DNA of 50,069 bases. Source: Minisyncoccia bacterium. Lineage in GTDB: Bacteria > Patescibacteriota > Minisyncoccia > UBA6257. The notes below the pieces were generated by a model, which did no database searches, was not told where the DNA came from, and saw only the letters and a list, made by a program, of their open reading frames with translations. Within the stretch, counting starts at the first letter, position 1. The number at the start of each line of letters is the position of its first letter. Below are positions 19,244 to 28,117 of this stretch, in pieces. Both the position numbers and the translations under genes were made by a program. Where the stretch lies: contig JBMFOQ010000002.1 of the NCBI GenBank assembly GCA_049969555.1, positions 1 through 50,069 of the forward strand, read 5' to 3'.

Positions 19244-19806
19244 TTAAAATTTTTAAAATTGAAAGTTTCTAATTCAAGATATTGAGCGCCAAAAGGTGAT
19301 AATTTACTTTCCATTAATTTAAACGATTTTGCCTCAAAATTTAGATTTGTTTTTTTAATAATTTCCTCTCTTATGGGAAGATGTTTTAGGAAGTCTTTCT
19401 TGATTCTTAAAACAGTAATATGGGTTTTAAAGTTTCTCTTTTCTTTATCAAAAGCGATTTTGTTTCTCTCTAATTCTTTTTCTATTTCTCTTTTTAAAGA
19501 AATAAAATTTTTTGGCGCTTCGCCTTCTAACCAAATTAAGCGGGGAGATTTTAAATTAGGCCCATAATCAAATAAGGAAAGATTAAGAGAAAACGGCTGA
19601 TATTTTTGGCTTATTTTGCTTAAAATTTCAATGATTGTTGGAACTTCTTCTTGTTTAACATAACCGAGAAATATCAGGGTTAGATGAAGATTTTCTTTTT
19701 CCACCAATCTAAAACCACGATATTTAGAAACTTCTTTTTGATATTTAAGAATTTCCTCTAATATCTCTTCTGGCGGCTTTATCGCAATAAAGAGTCTTTG
19801 ATTCAT
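19240..19806 (-). CDS. thpR: RNA 2',3'-cyclic phosphodiesterase (2H family)
   Basis: RLFIAI, HLTL and HITV (two HxT motifs), LMESKL. Confidence 0.9.
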   Translation of the reverse strand: MNQRLFIAIKPPEEILEEILKYQKEVSKYRGFRLVEKENLHLTLIFLGYVKQEEVPTIIEILSKISQKYQPFSLNLSLFDYGPNLKSPRLIWLEGEAPKNFISLKREIEKELERNKIAFDKEKRNFKTHITVLRIKKDFLKHLPIREEIIKKTNLNFEAKSFKLMESKLSPFGAQYLELETFNFKNFK

Positions 19807-19852
19807 AATTATATTATAATCGAAATTTTATTTTTTTTCCAGAGAGTAATTT

Positions 19853-19881
19853 TTGACAGTTATTTTTTTTAGAGGTATAAT
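19853..19881 (+). promoter_or_regulatory. Consensus sigma70 promoter of the S41 protease gene
   Basis: TTGACA-17 bp-TATAAT, 12 nt before the ATG. Confidence 0.75.
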
Positions 19882-19893
19882 AGAAATAAATCA

Positions 19894-21132
19894 ATGAAAA
19901 AATCTTTAAAGAAAATTTTTCTTGTTGCCTTAATTCCAATTTTAATTGGCACCGCTTTTTTTATTGGTTTTATTGAAGGCAGCCGTTGGGGCTGGAAAGC
20001 AAACCTTCCTTCACCCTTTGAGAAAATTATTAACAAAGAGCCTCCAAAAGAGTTACCTCTTGGCGATTTATCCTTATTATGGGATGTTTGGCAAGTAATT
20101 TTAGAAAAATATGTAGGAAGAAATAATTTAGATACTCAATCAATGATTGAGGGCGCTGCCAGTGGCTTGGTTCAATCTCTAAATGATCCTTATTCTGAAT
20201 TTTATAATACTACCAGTTCTCGCTATTTAACAGAAGAATTAAGCGGCGAGTTTTTTGGCGTGGGAATGGAAATTGATAAAAGAGATGGTTTTTTAGTGGT
20301 TTTAACCCCCTTGCCTGATACGCCAGCAAGCAGAGCCGGCTTAATGCCTTTTGATAAAATTTTACAGATTGATGATCAAGATACATCTAATTTAACTCCT
20401 TTTGAGGCAGCGCGCTTAATTCGCGGGCCAGAAGGAACAGAAGTTAAACTTTTAATTTACCGCTCAAGTTGGGATAAGGCGAAGGTTTTTAATTTAAAGA
20501 GAGAAAAAATTAGCGTTCCTTCTTTAAAATGGCAGATAATAGATGACAACATCGGCTATTTAAGAATTTATAATTTTAATCAACCTTTGTTTAATAGTTT
20601 TTACCAAACAGCCTTAAAAATTGCTTTTAACAAACCACAGGGTTTAATTATAGATTTAAGAAATAATCCGGGGGGTTATCTCGAAGCAGTAGTTGATGTA
20701 AGTGGTTGGTTCTTGAATAAAGGGGAAGTGGTTTTAAAAGAAGATTTGGGAAACGGAGAAATAAAAATATACCATTCTCCGGGCCCCGGCCTTCTAAAAG
20801 ATATAAAAACTGTGGTTTTAATTAATGAAGGGACTGCTTCTGCTTCGGAAATTTTAGCCGGCGCCTTAAAAGATAATAGGGGAGTAAAATTAATTGGCAC
20901 AAAGAGTTTTGGAAAAGGTTCAGTTCAGGAATTAGTTGCTTTAAAAGATAATAATACCGTAAAAATCACTATTGCCCGCTGGTTGACTCCTAATGGCACA
21001 TTAATAGAAGGCAATGGTTTGTCCCCGGATATCGAAGTTAAAAACGAAGAAGATTTAAGTGCTTATTCAGAAATTAATTTGGCAAAAGACATTCAGTTAA
21101 ATAAGGCAGTTGAAATTTTAAAAGGGCTATAA
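19894..21132 (+). CDS. ctpA: C-terminal processing protease (S41A, PDZ domain)
   Basis: [21 protein letters not shown] and SFGKGSVQ motifs; N-terminal TM helix. Confidence 0.9.
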   Translation: MKKSLKKIFLVALIPILIGTAFFIGFIEGSRWGWKANLPSPFEKIINKEPPKELPLGDLSLLWDVWQVILEKYVGRNNLDTQSMIEGAASGLVQSLNDPYSEFYNTTSSRYLTEELSGEFFGVGMEIDKRDGFLVVLTPLPDTPASRAGLMPFDKILQIDDQDTSNLTPFEAARLIRGPEGTEVKLLIYRSSWDKAKVFNLKREKISVPSLKWQIIDDNIGYLRIYNFNQPLFNSFYQTALKIAFNKPQGLIIDLRNNPGGYLEAVVDVSGWFLNKGEVVLKEDLGNGEIKIYHSPGPGLLKDIKTVVLINEGTASASEILAGALKDNRGVKLIGTKSFGKGSVQELVALKDNNTVKITIARWLTPNGTLIEGNGLSPDIEVKNEEDLSAYSEINLAKDIQLNKAVEILKGL

Positions 21133-21137
21133 AATCT

Positions 21138-21596
21138 ATGATTAAAGTAGTTCTTTTAAAAGATGTAAAAGGGCTAGGTAATAAAGGAGAAATTAAAGAA
21201 GTAAAAGATGGTTATGCTTTAAATTTTCTTTTTAAGAATAATTTGGCGAAAAAAACAACTGAAACAATTCTTTTGGAGAAACAAAAAGAAGAAGCAAAAC
21301 AAAAAGAACTCAAAGAAAAAAATAGAAAAGAAAAGATACGCGTGGCCGAGGAAATAAGCAAAATAATTTTAGAAATTCCTTTGAAGTTTCAAAAAAAAGG
21401 CGGAGAGGCTTATGATTCTTTAAATAAGCAAAGAATAATCAAAGAACTTGAAAAAAGAGGAATAATTTTAAATGAAGAAGATATTAAATTAGAAAAACCC
21501 TTGAGACAAGAAGGGTTTTATGAAATACCGATTGAATTTTTAAATGATATAAAAACTAAATTAAAAATTAGAATTACTTCTCTTTTAAAGGAATAA
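21138..21596 (+). CDS. rplI: 50S ribosomal protein L9
   Basis: [29 protein letters not shown]. Confidence 0.93.
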   Translation: MIKVVLLKDVKGLGNKGEIKEVKDGYALNFLFKNNLAKKTTETILLEKQKEEAKQKELKEKNRKEKIRVAEEISKIILEIPLKFQKKGGEAYDSLNKQRIIKELEKRGIILNEEDIKLEKPLRQEGFYEIPIEFLNDIKTKLKIRITSLLKE

Positions 21597-21861
21597 CATT
21601 TACCACCGCTATTCTCTTTGTTTTGCCAGTAAAAGTAATTTTTCTTTTGTTTTCAAATTTAACAATTCCTTCTTTGAGAGCATAAATGGTGTCATCTTTC
21701 CCCAGTTTGGTATTTTTTCCCGGATGCCATTTAGTGCCTCGCTGTCTTACTAAAACATTCCCCGGTTTTACCAGTTCACCATTAAATTTTTTGACCCCTA
21801 ATCTTTTAGCAGTCGAGTCTCGGCCTAACCTTGTTGAACCACCTGATTTTGTGTGAGCCAT
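21574..21861 (-). CDS. rpmA: 50S ribosomal protein L27
   Basis: [16 protein letters not shown]...KRLGVK...RQRGTK. Confidence 0.97.
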   Translation of the reverse strand: MAHTKSGGSTRLGRDSTAKRLGVKKFNGELVKPGNVLVRQRGTKWHPGKNTKLGKDDTIYALKEGIVKFENKRKITFTGKTKRIAVVNVIPLKEK

Positions 21862-21909
21862 AGTAGTAAAAACTTAGGAAAAAATTGTGTTTAATTTATA
21901 ATTAATTAT

Positions 21910-22254
21910 ATGCTAACAAATTTTTGGAAATTTGTCAAAAGAAATTGGATTTTATTATTTTTTGAAATATTGCTTTTAAGCTTGAGTTTTTCTTTGGGAA
22001 TAATTGTTGGCGGGAGATTTTTTCAAAGGCCGCCTCTTATTGTGGAAAAAGATCTACTTTTTAATTTAGAAAATGATAAAAATTTAGTGAATCAAAAAGG
22101 GGAGAGCGGTTATGTTGCCAGTTTGAAAGGAAAATATTATTACCCAATAGATTGTCCATTGGCAAAAATTTTAAGCGAGAAAAATAAAATATATTTTCAA
22201 ACCAAAGAAGAAGCAGAAAGTAGGGGATATATCTATAATTCCCGCTGCGATTAA
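21910..22254 (+). CDS. Membrane-anchored protein with an Ada metal-binding-like C-terminal domain
   Basis: TM helix followed by YVASLKGKYYYPIDC...FQTKEEAESRGY. Confidence 0.7.
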   Translation: MLTNFWKFVKRNWILLFFEILLLSLSFSLGIIVGGRFFQRPPLIVEKDLLFNLENDKNLVNQKGESGYVASLKGKYYYPIDCPLAKILSEKNKIYFQTKEEAESRGYIYNSRCD

Positions 22255-22263
22255 AATAACAAA

Positions 22264-23448
22264 TTATTTCTGGAGTTCTTCCTCTATTTCTTCTTTCGGT
22301 TTATCATTTGCTTCTAAATACCGATATTTTTTTTCAATATTTTTTGCTTTTTCAATTTCTTCCCGCAAAGGAGCGGGAATTTCTTTTAATACTTTTTCTA
22401 ATTTTTGGGAATCAATTATCAATACTTCTTCCCATTTGCCCAAGGGCTCTAAAACTTCTTTAACTTTTTTAAAATCATAAGATACTTTATTAATGATGCT
22501 TTGGCTAAAATAACCATTTTTTCCATAGACCCTCTTTAATCCTTTTGTTAAAGAATAAACATCAATAATATTTTTTAAATCTTTTAATTTTTCTTTAATT
22601 TCTTTTTCTTGTTCTTTAAGAGCGAAATATTCATCTATTTTTTCTTCTATTTCGATATCTTTAATATCTTTTTTGTCTTTGTAATCATACAAATGTCGCC
22701 AAACAGGGCAGATTGATTTATACCCGCACCAGTGGCAAAAAGCGCTTGGTTTTGGTTCAAAAGAGCTGTTTTGAATTTGGTGGATTAAATCTATTATTTT
22801 TTCCTCTGCTTTTTTTATATCTTCCTCTGTTCGCTGGCTTTCTATTTTTTCATTAAATTTAAGGAAGTAAAGACTAAATTTCATTTGTTCATAATTAATT
22901 TTTGGCCAGCGGTGTTTTAAACCGATAGCATAAATAGAAAGCTGAAGATTTTTATCTATTTCACTTTTTGAATTCATTCTTTTTGAAGTTTTATAATCAA
23001 TGATTTCCAAAGAACCGTTGGGCAATTTATCAACTCTGTCAATGATGCCGGTTAAAATATGAAGGCCGCCTGGCTCATTTGGTTTTTCATCAATAACAGC
23101 TTCAAATTTCGTTTCCAAATCTAAAATAATGCTTTTTACCGGAAAGTTTACTTTGTAATAATCCTTTAAAATTCTTAAACCCTCTTCAAAATAGGCTTTT
23201 TCTTCTAAATCTTCTTCCCATTTATACCCTTCACTTTCTTTTGGCCAGTGTTTATAGTAATAATCGATTAGTTCTTCTAGAGTAGGGAAGCGGGGGTCTT
23301 TTTCGTAAAACCATCTTAAAACTTGATGCAAATAATTTCCAAATACTTGCTCTTTTGTTTTTGGTTCTTTTATTTTATCTATCTGGCTGAATTTATATTT
23401 TAAAGGACAAGTTTGAAATGATTCTAAAGCAGAATAAGAAATACGCAT
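22264..23448 (-). CDS. PD-(D/E)XK RecB/AddB/Cas4-like nuclease with a probable Fe-S cluster
   Basis: SYSALESFQTCP, GNYLH, GIIDRVD, IIDYKT, QLSIY and CHWCGYKSIC motifs. Confidence 0.85.
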   Translation of the reverse strand: MRISYSALESFQTCPLKYKFSQIDKIKEPKTKEQVFGNYLHQVLRWFYEKDPRFPTLEELIDYYYKHWPKESEGYKWEEDLEEKAYFEEGLRILKDYYKVNFPVKSIILDLETKFEAVIDEKPNEPGGLHILTGIIDRVDKLPNGSLEIIDYKTSKRMNSKSEIDKNLQLSIYAIGLKHRWPKINYEQMKFSLYFLKFNEKIESQRTEEDIKKAEEKIIDLIHQIQNSSFEPKPSAFCHWCGYKSICPVWRHLYDYKDKKDIKDIEIEEKIDEYFALKEQEKEIKEKLKDLKNIIDVYSLTKGLKRVYGKNGYFSQSIINKVSYDFKKVKEVLEPLGKWEEVLIIDSQKLEKVLKEIPAPLREEIEKAKNIEKKYRYLEANDKPKEEIEEELQK

Positions 23449-23552
23449 AAATTTATCCTCAATGTTAAATTCTAGATCCTAATCGAGTGTTTTATTAATA
23501 ATTTTATCATTTTTTTGTTTATTTTACAACAAAAACCATTGTTTTAATTTAT

Positions 23553-23581
23553 TTGACAAAATATTATATTTATGAGATAAT
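23553..23581 (+). promoter_or_regulatory. Sigma70 promoter of the three-gene islet
   Basis: TTGACA-17 bp-GATAAT with a TG extension. Confidence 0.6.
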
Positions 23582-23663
23582 AAAGCATTCTTGAACTTTG
23601 AAAACTAAATAGATTTATATTTTTATATTTATTTCCCCAAAAAGGGGAAAAAGGAGGATTGAA

Positions 23664-24347
23664 ATGAAAGTAAGAAAGTATTTTTATCAATTGGCTGTGG
23701 AAATTTCCTGTCAAGTGGGAGAGAAAACTGTTTCTTTTAAGAAGAAAGTTATTAGGGTAGTTGCCCCTCAAAAAAACGTCGCCATTGCAATTGCTAAAAA
23801 AATTGCTATTAGAGAGTGTAAAAAGAGATTTCCTTCGGTTAGTGATACTAACATAAAAGTTAAAATAGATAGTCAAAATATTAAAATTACTGGTAGTAAA
23901 TTAGTTGATACAAAAAAGAAAAGAAAACCCCGTTCAAGAATGTTGCCTTTTGGTAAAAATCAAGAAGATAATAGAAATATCGAACTACAGGGTTTACAGA
24001 GGATGGAAAATAAAGTTATTCAAGTTGGGGATAGAGTCATTTTCTATCCCCAATATTTATGGAAGGATTTATACTTGATTTTGTTACCTTCAGAAAAAAT
24101 TGAAGTGATTGACGGCAGGATTATAATTAGAGGACAAAATAATGAGTATGTAAAGATATTAGCAGTTAATCAAGGGGGGGAATACCTTATGTGTAGGTTT
24201 GAAAGAGAAGAATTGGAAAATGGCGATAGGGGTTTTTATCCAGAGTTTTTTGAGGAGGGTACTTTAAGTATGAGACTCTCTAAAGAAGAATATAAGAGAG
24301 TTATGAATTTAGCAAAGATAATTTTAAAAGATAAAGGAGGTGAGTAA
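23664..24347 (+). CDS. Hypothetical protein (islet gene 1)
   Basis: 227-aa ORF with AGGAGG Shine-Dalgarno; no recognised family. Confidence 0.7.
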   Translation: MKVRKYFYQLAVEISCQVGEKTVSFKKKVIRVVAPQKNVAIAIAKKIAIRECKKRFPSVSDTNIKVKIDSQNIKITGSKLVDTKKKRKPRSRMLPFGKNQEDNRNIELQGLQRMENKVIQVGDRVIFYPQYLWKDLYLILLPSEKIEVIDGRIIIRGQNNEYVKILAVNQGGEYLMCRFEREELENGDRGFYPEFFEEGTLSMRLSKEEYKRVMNLAKIILKDKGGE

Positions 24348-25189
24348 TGAAAAAGAAAAGGGAGGTAGGTGAGTTGAGGATAATTGGGACCATTCCTTTT
24401 GGTTCTTCAATATGGGATGCTGATTTTTTAATTTTTATTGATGGAACCATAGGAGAAATTACTAAAAGTGCCCAGAAAAAGGGGTTGATATCATACAAGA
24501 GGAAAATTAGAAATCTTGCCGCCGGAATTAGAATGTATTTAATTCACATTCTAAGTAGGTATATTACAACCTTAAGAAAAATAAAAGGAATAGAAATAAA
24601 ATTCTTGGGAGAGTTGGAAGAATTAGATTTATGGAAACAGAAATTTGGCTCTTTGATAAATGAGTTAAAAAAAGAACCAACGAAAAAATTAGATGTTATT
24701 ATTAATGATATAGAATTATGCAAAGAAAAGGCAGATAAAAAAATTGAGGAAATAAAAAAGAAAGATATAGATATCGGCAAATGGGCCTTAAAAAAAGCAA
24801 AAATACTAATGAAAGAAAAAAAGAGAATTGCAGATATTCTAGAGAAATTTTTTATAGAAATAATAGGGCTTTATGATTCAATAAAAGATGTTGCAGAATT
24901 AAATGCCCTTTGTAGAGAATTTCTTTTTGGGAAAAGCTATTTAAATTTAAAGGAAGTTAAAAATCTCAATACTATTAAAGCCCATTTTATTGATTACCCC
25001 CAAGACCTAGAAAAGATTAGAAGAGTAGAAAAGATAGTATTAAATTTAGAAGAAAAAGAAGTAAGAAAATTGAGACAACAGATAAAGACACTAATAGATT
25101 TAATGATACCTATAATTGAAGGTCCTTTAGAATATAGATTTGATGGTAATAATTATCGAATAGAAGGAGGAAACGTGAAATGTCTATAG
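24347..25189 (+). CDS. Hypothetical protein (islet gene 2)
   Basis: 280-aa ORF with AAGGAGGTG SD and TAATG translational coupling; predicted mostly helical. Confidence 0.7.
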   Translation: MKKKREVGELRIIGTIPFGSSIWDADFLIFIDGTIGEITKSAQKKGLISYKRKIRNLAAGIRMYLIHILSRYITTLRKIKGIEIKFLGELEELDLWKQKFGSLINELKKEPTKKLDVIINDIELCKEKADKKIEEIKKKDIDIGKWALKKAKILMKEKKRIADILEKFFIEIIGLYDSIKDVAELNALCREFLFGKSYLNLKEVKNLNTIKAHFIDYPQDLEKIRRVEKIVLNLEEKEVRKLRQQIKTLIDLMIPIIEGPLEYRFDGNNYRIEGGNVKCL

Positions 25190-25605
25190 GTAAGAAAGCA
25201 TTTGTTGAAATTATTCCCGACATTACAAAAATAGGCGAAATGGTAGGTGTGAAATTTGTTCTTCCAACAGGTGAGGAACTTATTTTTGAGATTTGTAGAA
25301 AATTATCTAATGGAGTAGAAATACTGACAGTGAAAAAAGTTAATGATTTTTTTCTGGAAGATAGTGTTTTGTTTCAGAAATTAAAGAAAAAAGCAATACA
25401 TCTATTAATCACTAATCCTCCTGACTTCTCATGGCTCAAATGTCCATTTTGTAATTCTATTCCTGATGAAATTTTTGATTTGTTAAAAGCAAGGAGGGTA
25501 AAAGAGATTGCAGGGCGTCTTGTAATTAAATGTCCTTATTGTGGGCGTTATTATAAGATTCCCCCCTCTCCTAAAGATTTTTTAGACTATGATATCATAT
25601 TTTAG
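25180..25605 (+). CDS. Hypothetical zinc-ribbon protein (islet gene 3)
   Basis: AGGAGG SD; CPFC...CPYC pairs. Confidence 0.7.
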   Translation: MSIGKKAFVEIIPDITKIGEMVGVKFVLPTGEELIFEICRKLSNGVEILTVKKVNDFFLEDSVLFQKLKKKAIHLLITNPPDFSWLKCPFCNSIPDEIFDLLKARRVKEIAGRLVIKCPYCGRYYKIPPSPKDFLDYDIIF

Positions 25606-25654
25606 ACAAAGATTTTTTAGACTATGATATCATATTTTAGACTATGATATCATA
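25573..25654. repeat. Exact 35-bp tandem duplication with three copies of the palindrome TATGATATCATA
   Basis: AAAGATTTTTTAGACTATGATATCATATTTTAGAC at 25573-25607 and 25608-25642, then TATGATATCATA. Confidence 0.92.
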
Positions 25655-25661
25655 AAAAGAT

Positions 25662-25704
25662 AAAACCGGGCAGAAATAAAGAGGTGATGACTTGCCCGGT
25701 TTTT
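25662..25704. terminator. Probable bidirectional terminator
   Basis: AAAACCGGGCA...TGCCCGGTTTT between the convergent islet and xer gene. Confidence 0.6.
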
Positions 25705-26654
25705 TATTTTAGCTTGCTGCCGCTGTGGAATTTTTTATGAATATCTTTAAGTTGTTTAGAGGTAATATGGGTGTATATTTGAGTAGTGGCAATATTCTTA
25801 TGGCCTAAAAACTCTTGCACTAATCTTAAATCTACTCCTTGGGTTAAAAGGTCAGTGGCAAAACTATGTCTTAAGGTATGAGGGCTGGCTGGGATAGATA
25901 TTCCGGCCTTGATTACGTATTTTTTAACAATATTTTCCACTGAGCGAGGGGTTAATCTGTCTAATGGTGTAGGTCCTTTATAATTTATAAACAAAGCATT
26001 ATTTTTATCTTTTCTTGTTTCTAAATAATCTTTTAGGGCTCTTAATGCGCGGGGTGATAAATAAACAGGCCTAATTCTTCCTCCTTTGCCAATAACATTA
26101 ATTTCTAAATCCTCGTTTAGATTTTCTATTTTAATTTGATCACGATTTAAACTGACTAATTCAGAAACTCTTAATCCAGTAGAAAACAACACCTCTAAAA
26201 TTGCTTTATCCCTTAAACCAATGACATTTGAGACATCTGGCGCATCAAGTAATTTTTGAATTTGCTCTATTGTTAGAAACTTAATACTCCTTCCTTTTTT
26301 TTCTTTAAATAATTTCACTTTTTCTGCGGGCAAGCTTTGAATATCTCTATCAGCAAAATAATTTAATAAACCCCTTAAAGCAATCAGATAATAATTAATT
26401 GAGGTTCTTTTTAATGGTTCTTTTTTGTTTTTGTTATAGGTTTGAGAAAGAAAGACCCGATATTTCCATAAATGCTCAGTAGTTAATTCATGGGGCCTTA
26501 AATCTTTTAGATTATTTTTTTTAAGCCAATCAAGGAATTTTTTAATAAAACGGGAATAGGTAATTTGGCTATTATGAGAAAGACCTTTTTCAATATCTAA
26601 ATATTCAAAGAATTCATCTATTAAATCAATTATTGATTTATTTATTTTTTTCAT
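25704..26654 (-). CDS. Xer-family tyrosine recombinase
   Basis: SAM-like N-domain; STGLRVSEL (R), GKGG (K), HTLRHSFAT (HxxR), LGH and TTQIYTH (Y). Confidence 0.93.
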   Translation of the reverse strand: MKKINKSIIDLIDEFFEYLDIEKGLSHNSQITYSRFIKKFLDWLKKNNLKDLRPHELTTEHLWKYRVFLSQTYNKNKKEPLKRTSINYYLIALRGLLNYFADRDIQSLPAEKVKLFKEKKGRSIKFLTIEQIQKLLDAPDVSNVIGLRDKAILEVLFSTGLRVSELVSLNRDQIKIENLNEDLEINVIGKGGRIRPVYLSPRALRALKDYLETRKDKNNALFINYKGPTPLDRLTPRSVENIVKKYVIKAGISIPASPHTLRHSFATDLLTQGVDLRLVQEFLGHKNIATTQIYTHITSKQLKDIHKKFHSGSKLK

Positions 26655-26764
26655 AAAGAGAATTTTATTTTATAAAATCTATTAATTTTGGTGAATTTTA
26701 AAAATTGGTGGGGAGGAGGAGAAAGAAGTGAGGTATTAAATAGGACTTTATTTAAGTAGGCTTA

Positions 26765-26792
26765 ATTTCGCTAAAGGTATATTATGCGAAGT
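26765..26792. other. Putative dif chromosome-dimer resolution site
   Basis: ATTTCGCTAAA-GGTATA-TTATGCGAAGT: 11-6-11 inverted-arm architecture resembling known dif sites, next to the xer gene at the gene-polarity switch. Confidence 0.75.
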
Positions 26793-26803
26793 TTAATATC
26801 TTT

Positions 26804-26831
26804 ATTATACAGCCAAAAATTAGGCTGTCAA
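26804..26831 (-). promoter_or_regulatory. xer promoter with an inverted repeat across its spacer
   Basis: TTGACA-16 bp-TATAAT on the minus strand; ACAGCC-N8-GGCTGT at 26809-26828. Confidence 0.65.
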
Positions 26832-26901
26832 GTATTTCCCCTATTAAAAATTGAAAAGTGCTCCTGGATTTTAGATTTTAAAATTTTAAAACAAAAGAAA
26901 A

Positions 26902-27096
26902 CTATTTTACCAATGGTTTTAATAACTTAATAATTATTTCTAGAATAGCAACAAGAATTTTCCCTATAGATTTAAGTAAGACTATAAAATGGCTGATAAT
27001 TCCCTCAACAAAGATTTTATTGATAATCAAGTCCAGTTCTTTTAAAACATCTATAAAGAATTGGCTCGCTTGATTAGTAAATTGTCCCCAATCCAT
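26902..27096 (-). CDS. Small hypothetical amphipathic or membrane protein
   Basis: 64-aa ATG ORF 9 nt after the dehydrogenase stop, on the same strand. Confidence 0.6.
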   Translation of the reverse strand: MDWGQFTNQASQFFIDVLKELDLIINKIFVEGIISHFIVLLKSIGKILVAILEIIIKLLKPLVK

Positions 27097-27105
27097 ATAA
27101 TAATT

Positions 27106-28113
27106 TTAAACCAAATTAGTTGGCTGGCCTTTTAAATAATTATAGATATTTTCGACCGAAGTTTGCAAAAGATTATATAACGCCTCATCAGTATGAAAAG
27201 CATTATGGGGAGAAACTATTACATTATCCAAATCAATAAATAGATGATTTAAGATAGTTGTTTTTAAGGTTTCTGGCGAAAGGGTGTTTTTTGTTAAAAG
27301 TTCCTGTTCTTCTTTTATAACCCCCTCCTCTTCTAAAACATCTAAGGCTGCGCCAGCTAAATGATTAGATTTTAAAGCCTCATATAAAGCTTCAGTTTCA
27401 ACTATTCCTCCGCGGCTAGTATTTATTAAATAGGCTCCTTTTTTAATGAGAAAAATATTGGTTTTATTTATTAAATGATGAGTTTCTGAATTGTAAGGAA
27501 CATGAAGGGTAATAACATCAGAGTTTTTTAATAACTCTTCTAAAGAAACATATTTAAATCCCAGTTTTTGCGCTAATTCTTCATTGGGATATTTATCATA
27601 AGATAGAACATTCATTTCAAAACCTTTTGCTATCTTAATTACATTTATTCCAATTTTTCCTGTGCCAATAACTCCAATTGTTTTATTATAAAGTTCTTTT
27701 CCTTTTAAGCCGTCGGTAGTAAAAACTCCAGTTTCTCTTACCCGATGATAAGCATCATATATTTTTCTTATTAAACATAAAAGTAAAGCAAAGGTATATT
27801 CCGCTACTGTATGACTGCCATAAGATGGCACATTAGACACCTCTATCCCCTTTTGTTTGGCATACTCTATATCAATATGGTCAAAGCCGGTTGAACGCGT
27901 AGAAATAAATTTAAGATTAGGAAGTTTATCAATTGTTTCTTTATTTAGTTTTGAGTTAATAAAACAAGAAATAATTTCGTAATCCTGAAATTTTTCTGCG
28001 TTTTCTCCATCTATTTTTTCGCTATATAAATCAGCAATTTCAATAAAATCAGGAAAAGAATTTAAATACTCTTTTTCCCAGCCCGAAGTTTCTACAAAAG
28101 CAACTTTTTTCAT
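27106..28113 (-). CDS. D-isomer-specific 2-hydroxyacid dehydrogenase (D-lactate dehydrogenase-like)
   Basis: RSTGFDHID, NVPSYG, GVIGTGKIG, INTSRG, LDVLEEE and SPHNAF motifs. Confidence 0.9.
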   Translation of the reverse strand: MKKVAFVETSGWEKEYLNSFPDFIEIADLYSEKIDGENAEKFQDYEIISCFINSKLNKETIDKLPNLKFISTRSTGFDHIDIEYAKQKGIEVSNVPSYGSHTVAEYTFALLLCLIRKIYDAYHRVRETGVFTTDGLKGKELYNKTIGVIGTGKIGINVIKIAKGFEMNVLSYDKYPNEELAQKLGFKYVSLEELLKNSDVITLHVPYNSETHHLINKTNIFLIKKGAYLINTSRGGIVETEALYEALKSNHLAGAALDVLEEEGVIKEEQELLTKNTLSPETLKTTILNHLFIDLDNVIVSPHNAFHTDEALYNLLQTSVENIYNYLKGQPTNLV

Positions 28114-28117
28114 AATT

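Noticed and set aside
21574-21596. Convergent 3' overlaps (rplI/rpmA, deacetylase/speD, amrA/amidase) as antisense regulation
   Set aside because: Overlaps of 7-23 bp are expected in a compact genome.
23664-26654. Prophage or integrative element with its own integrase
   Set aside because: The recombinase looks like a chromosomal Xer with a dif-like site. I saw no att-like repeat pair flanking the islet and no phage structural or replication genes.
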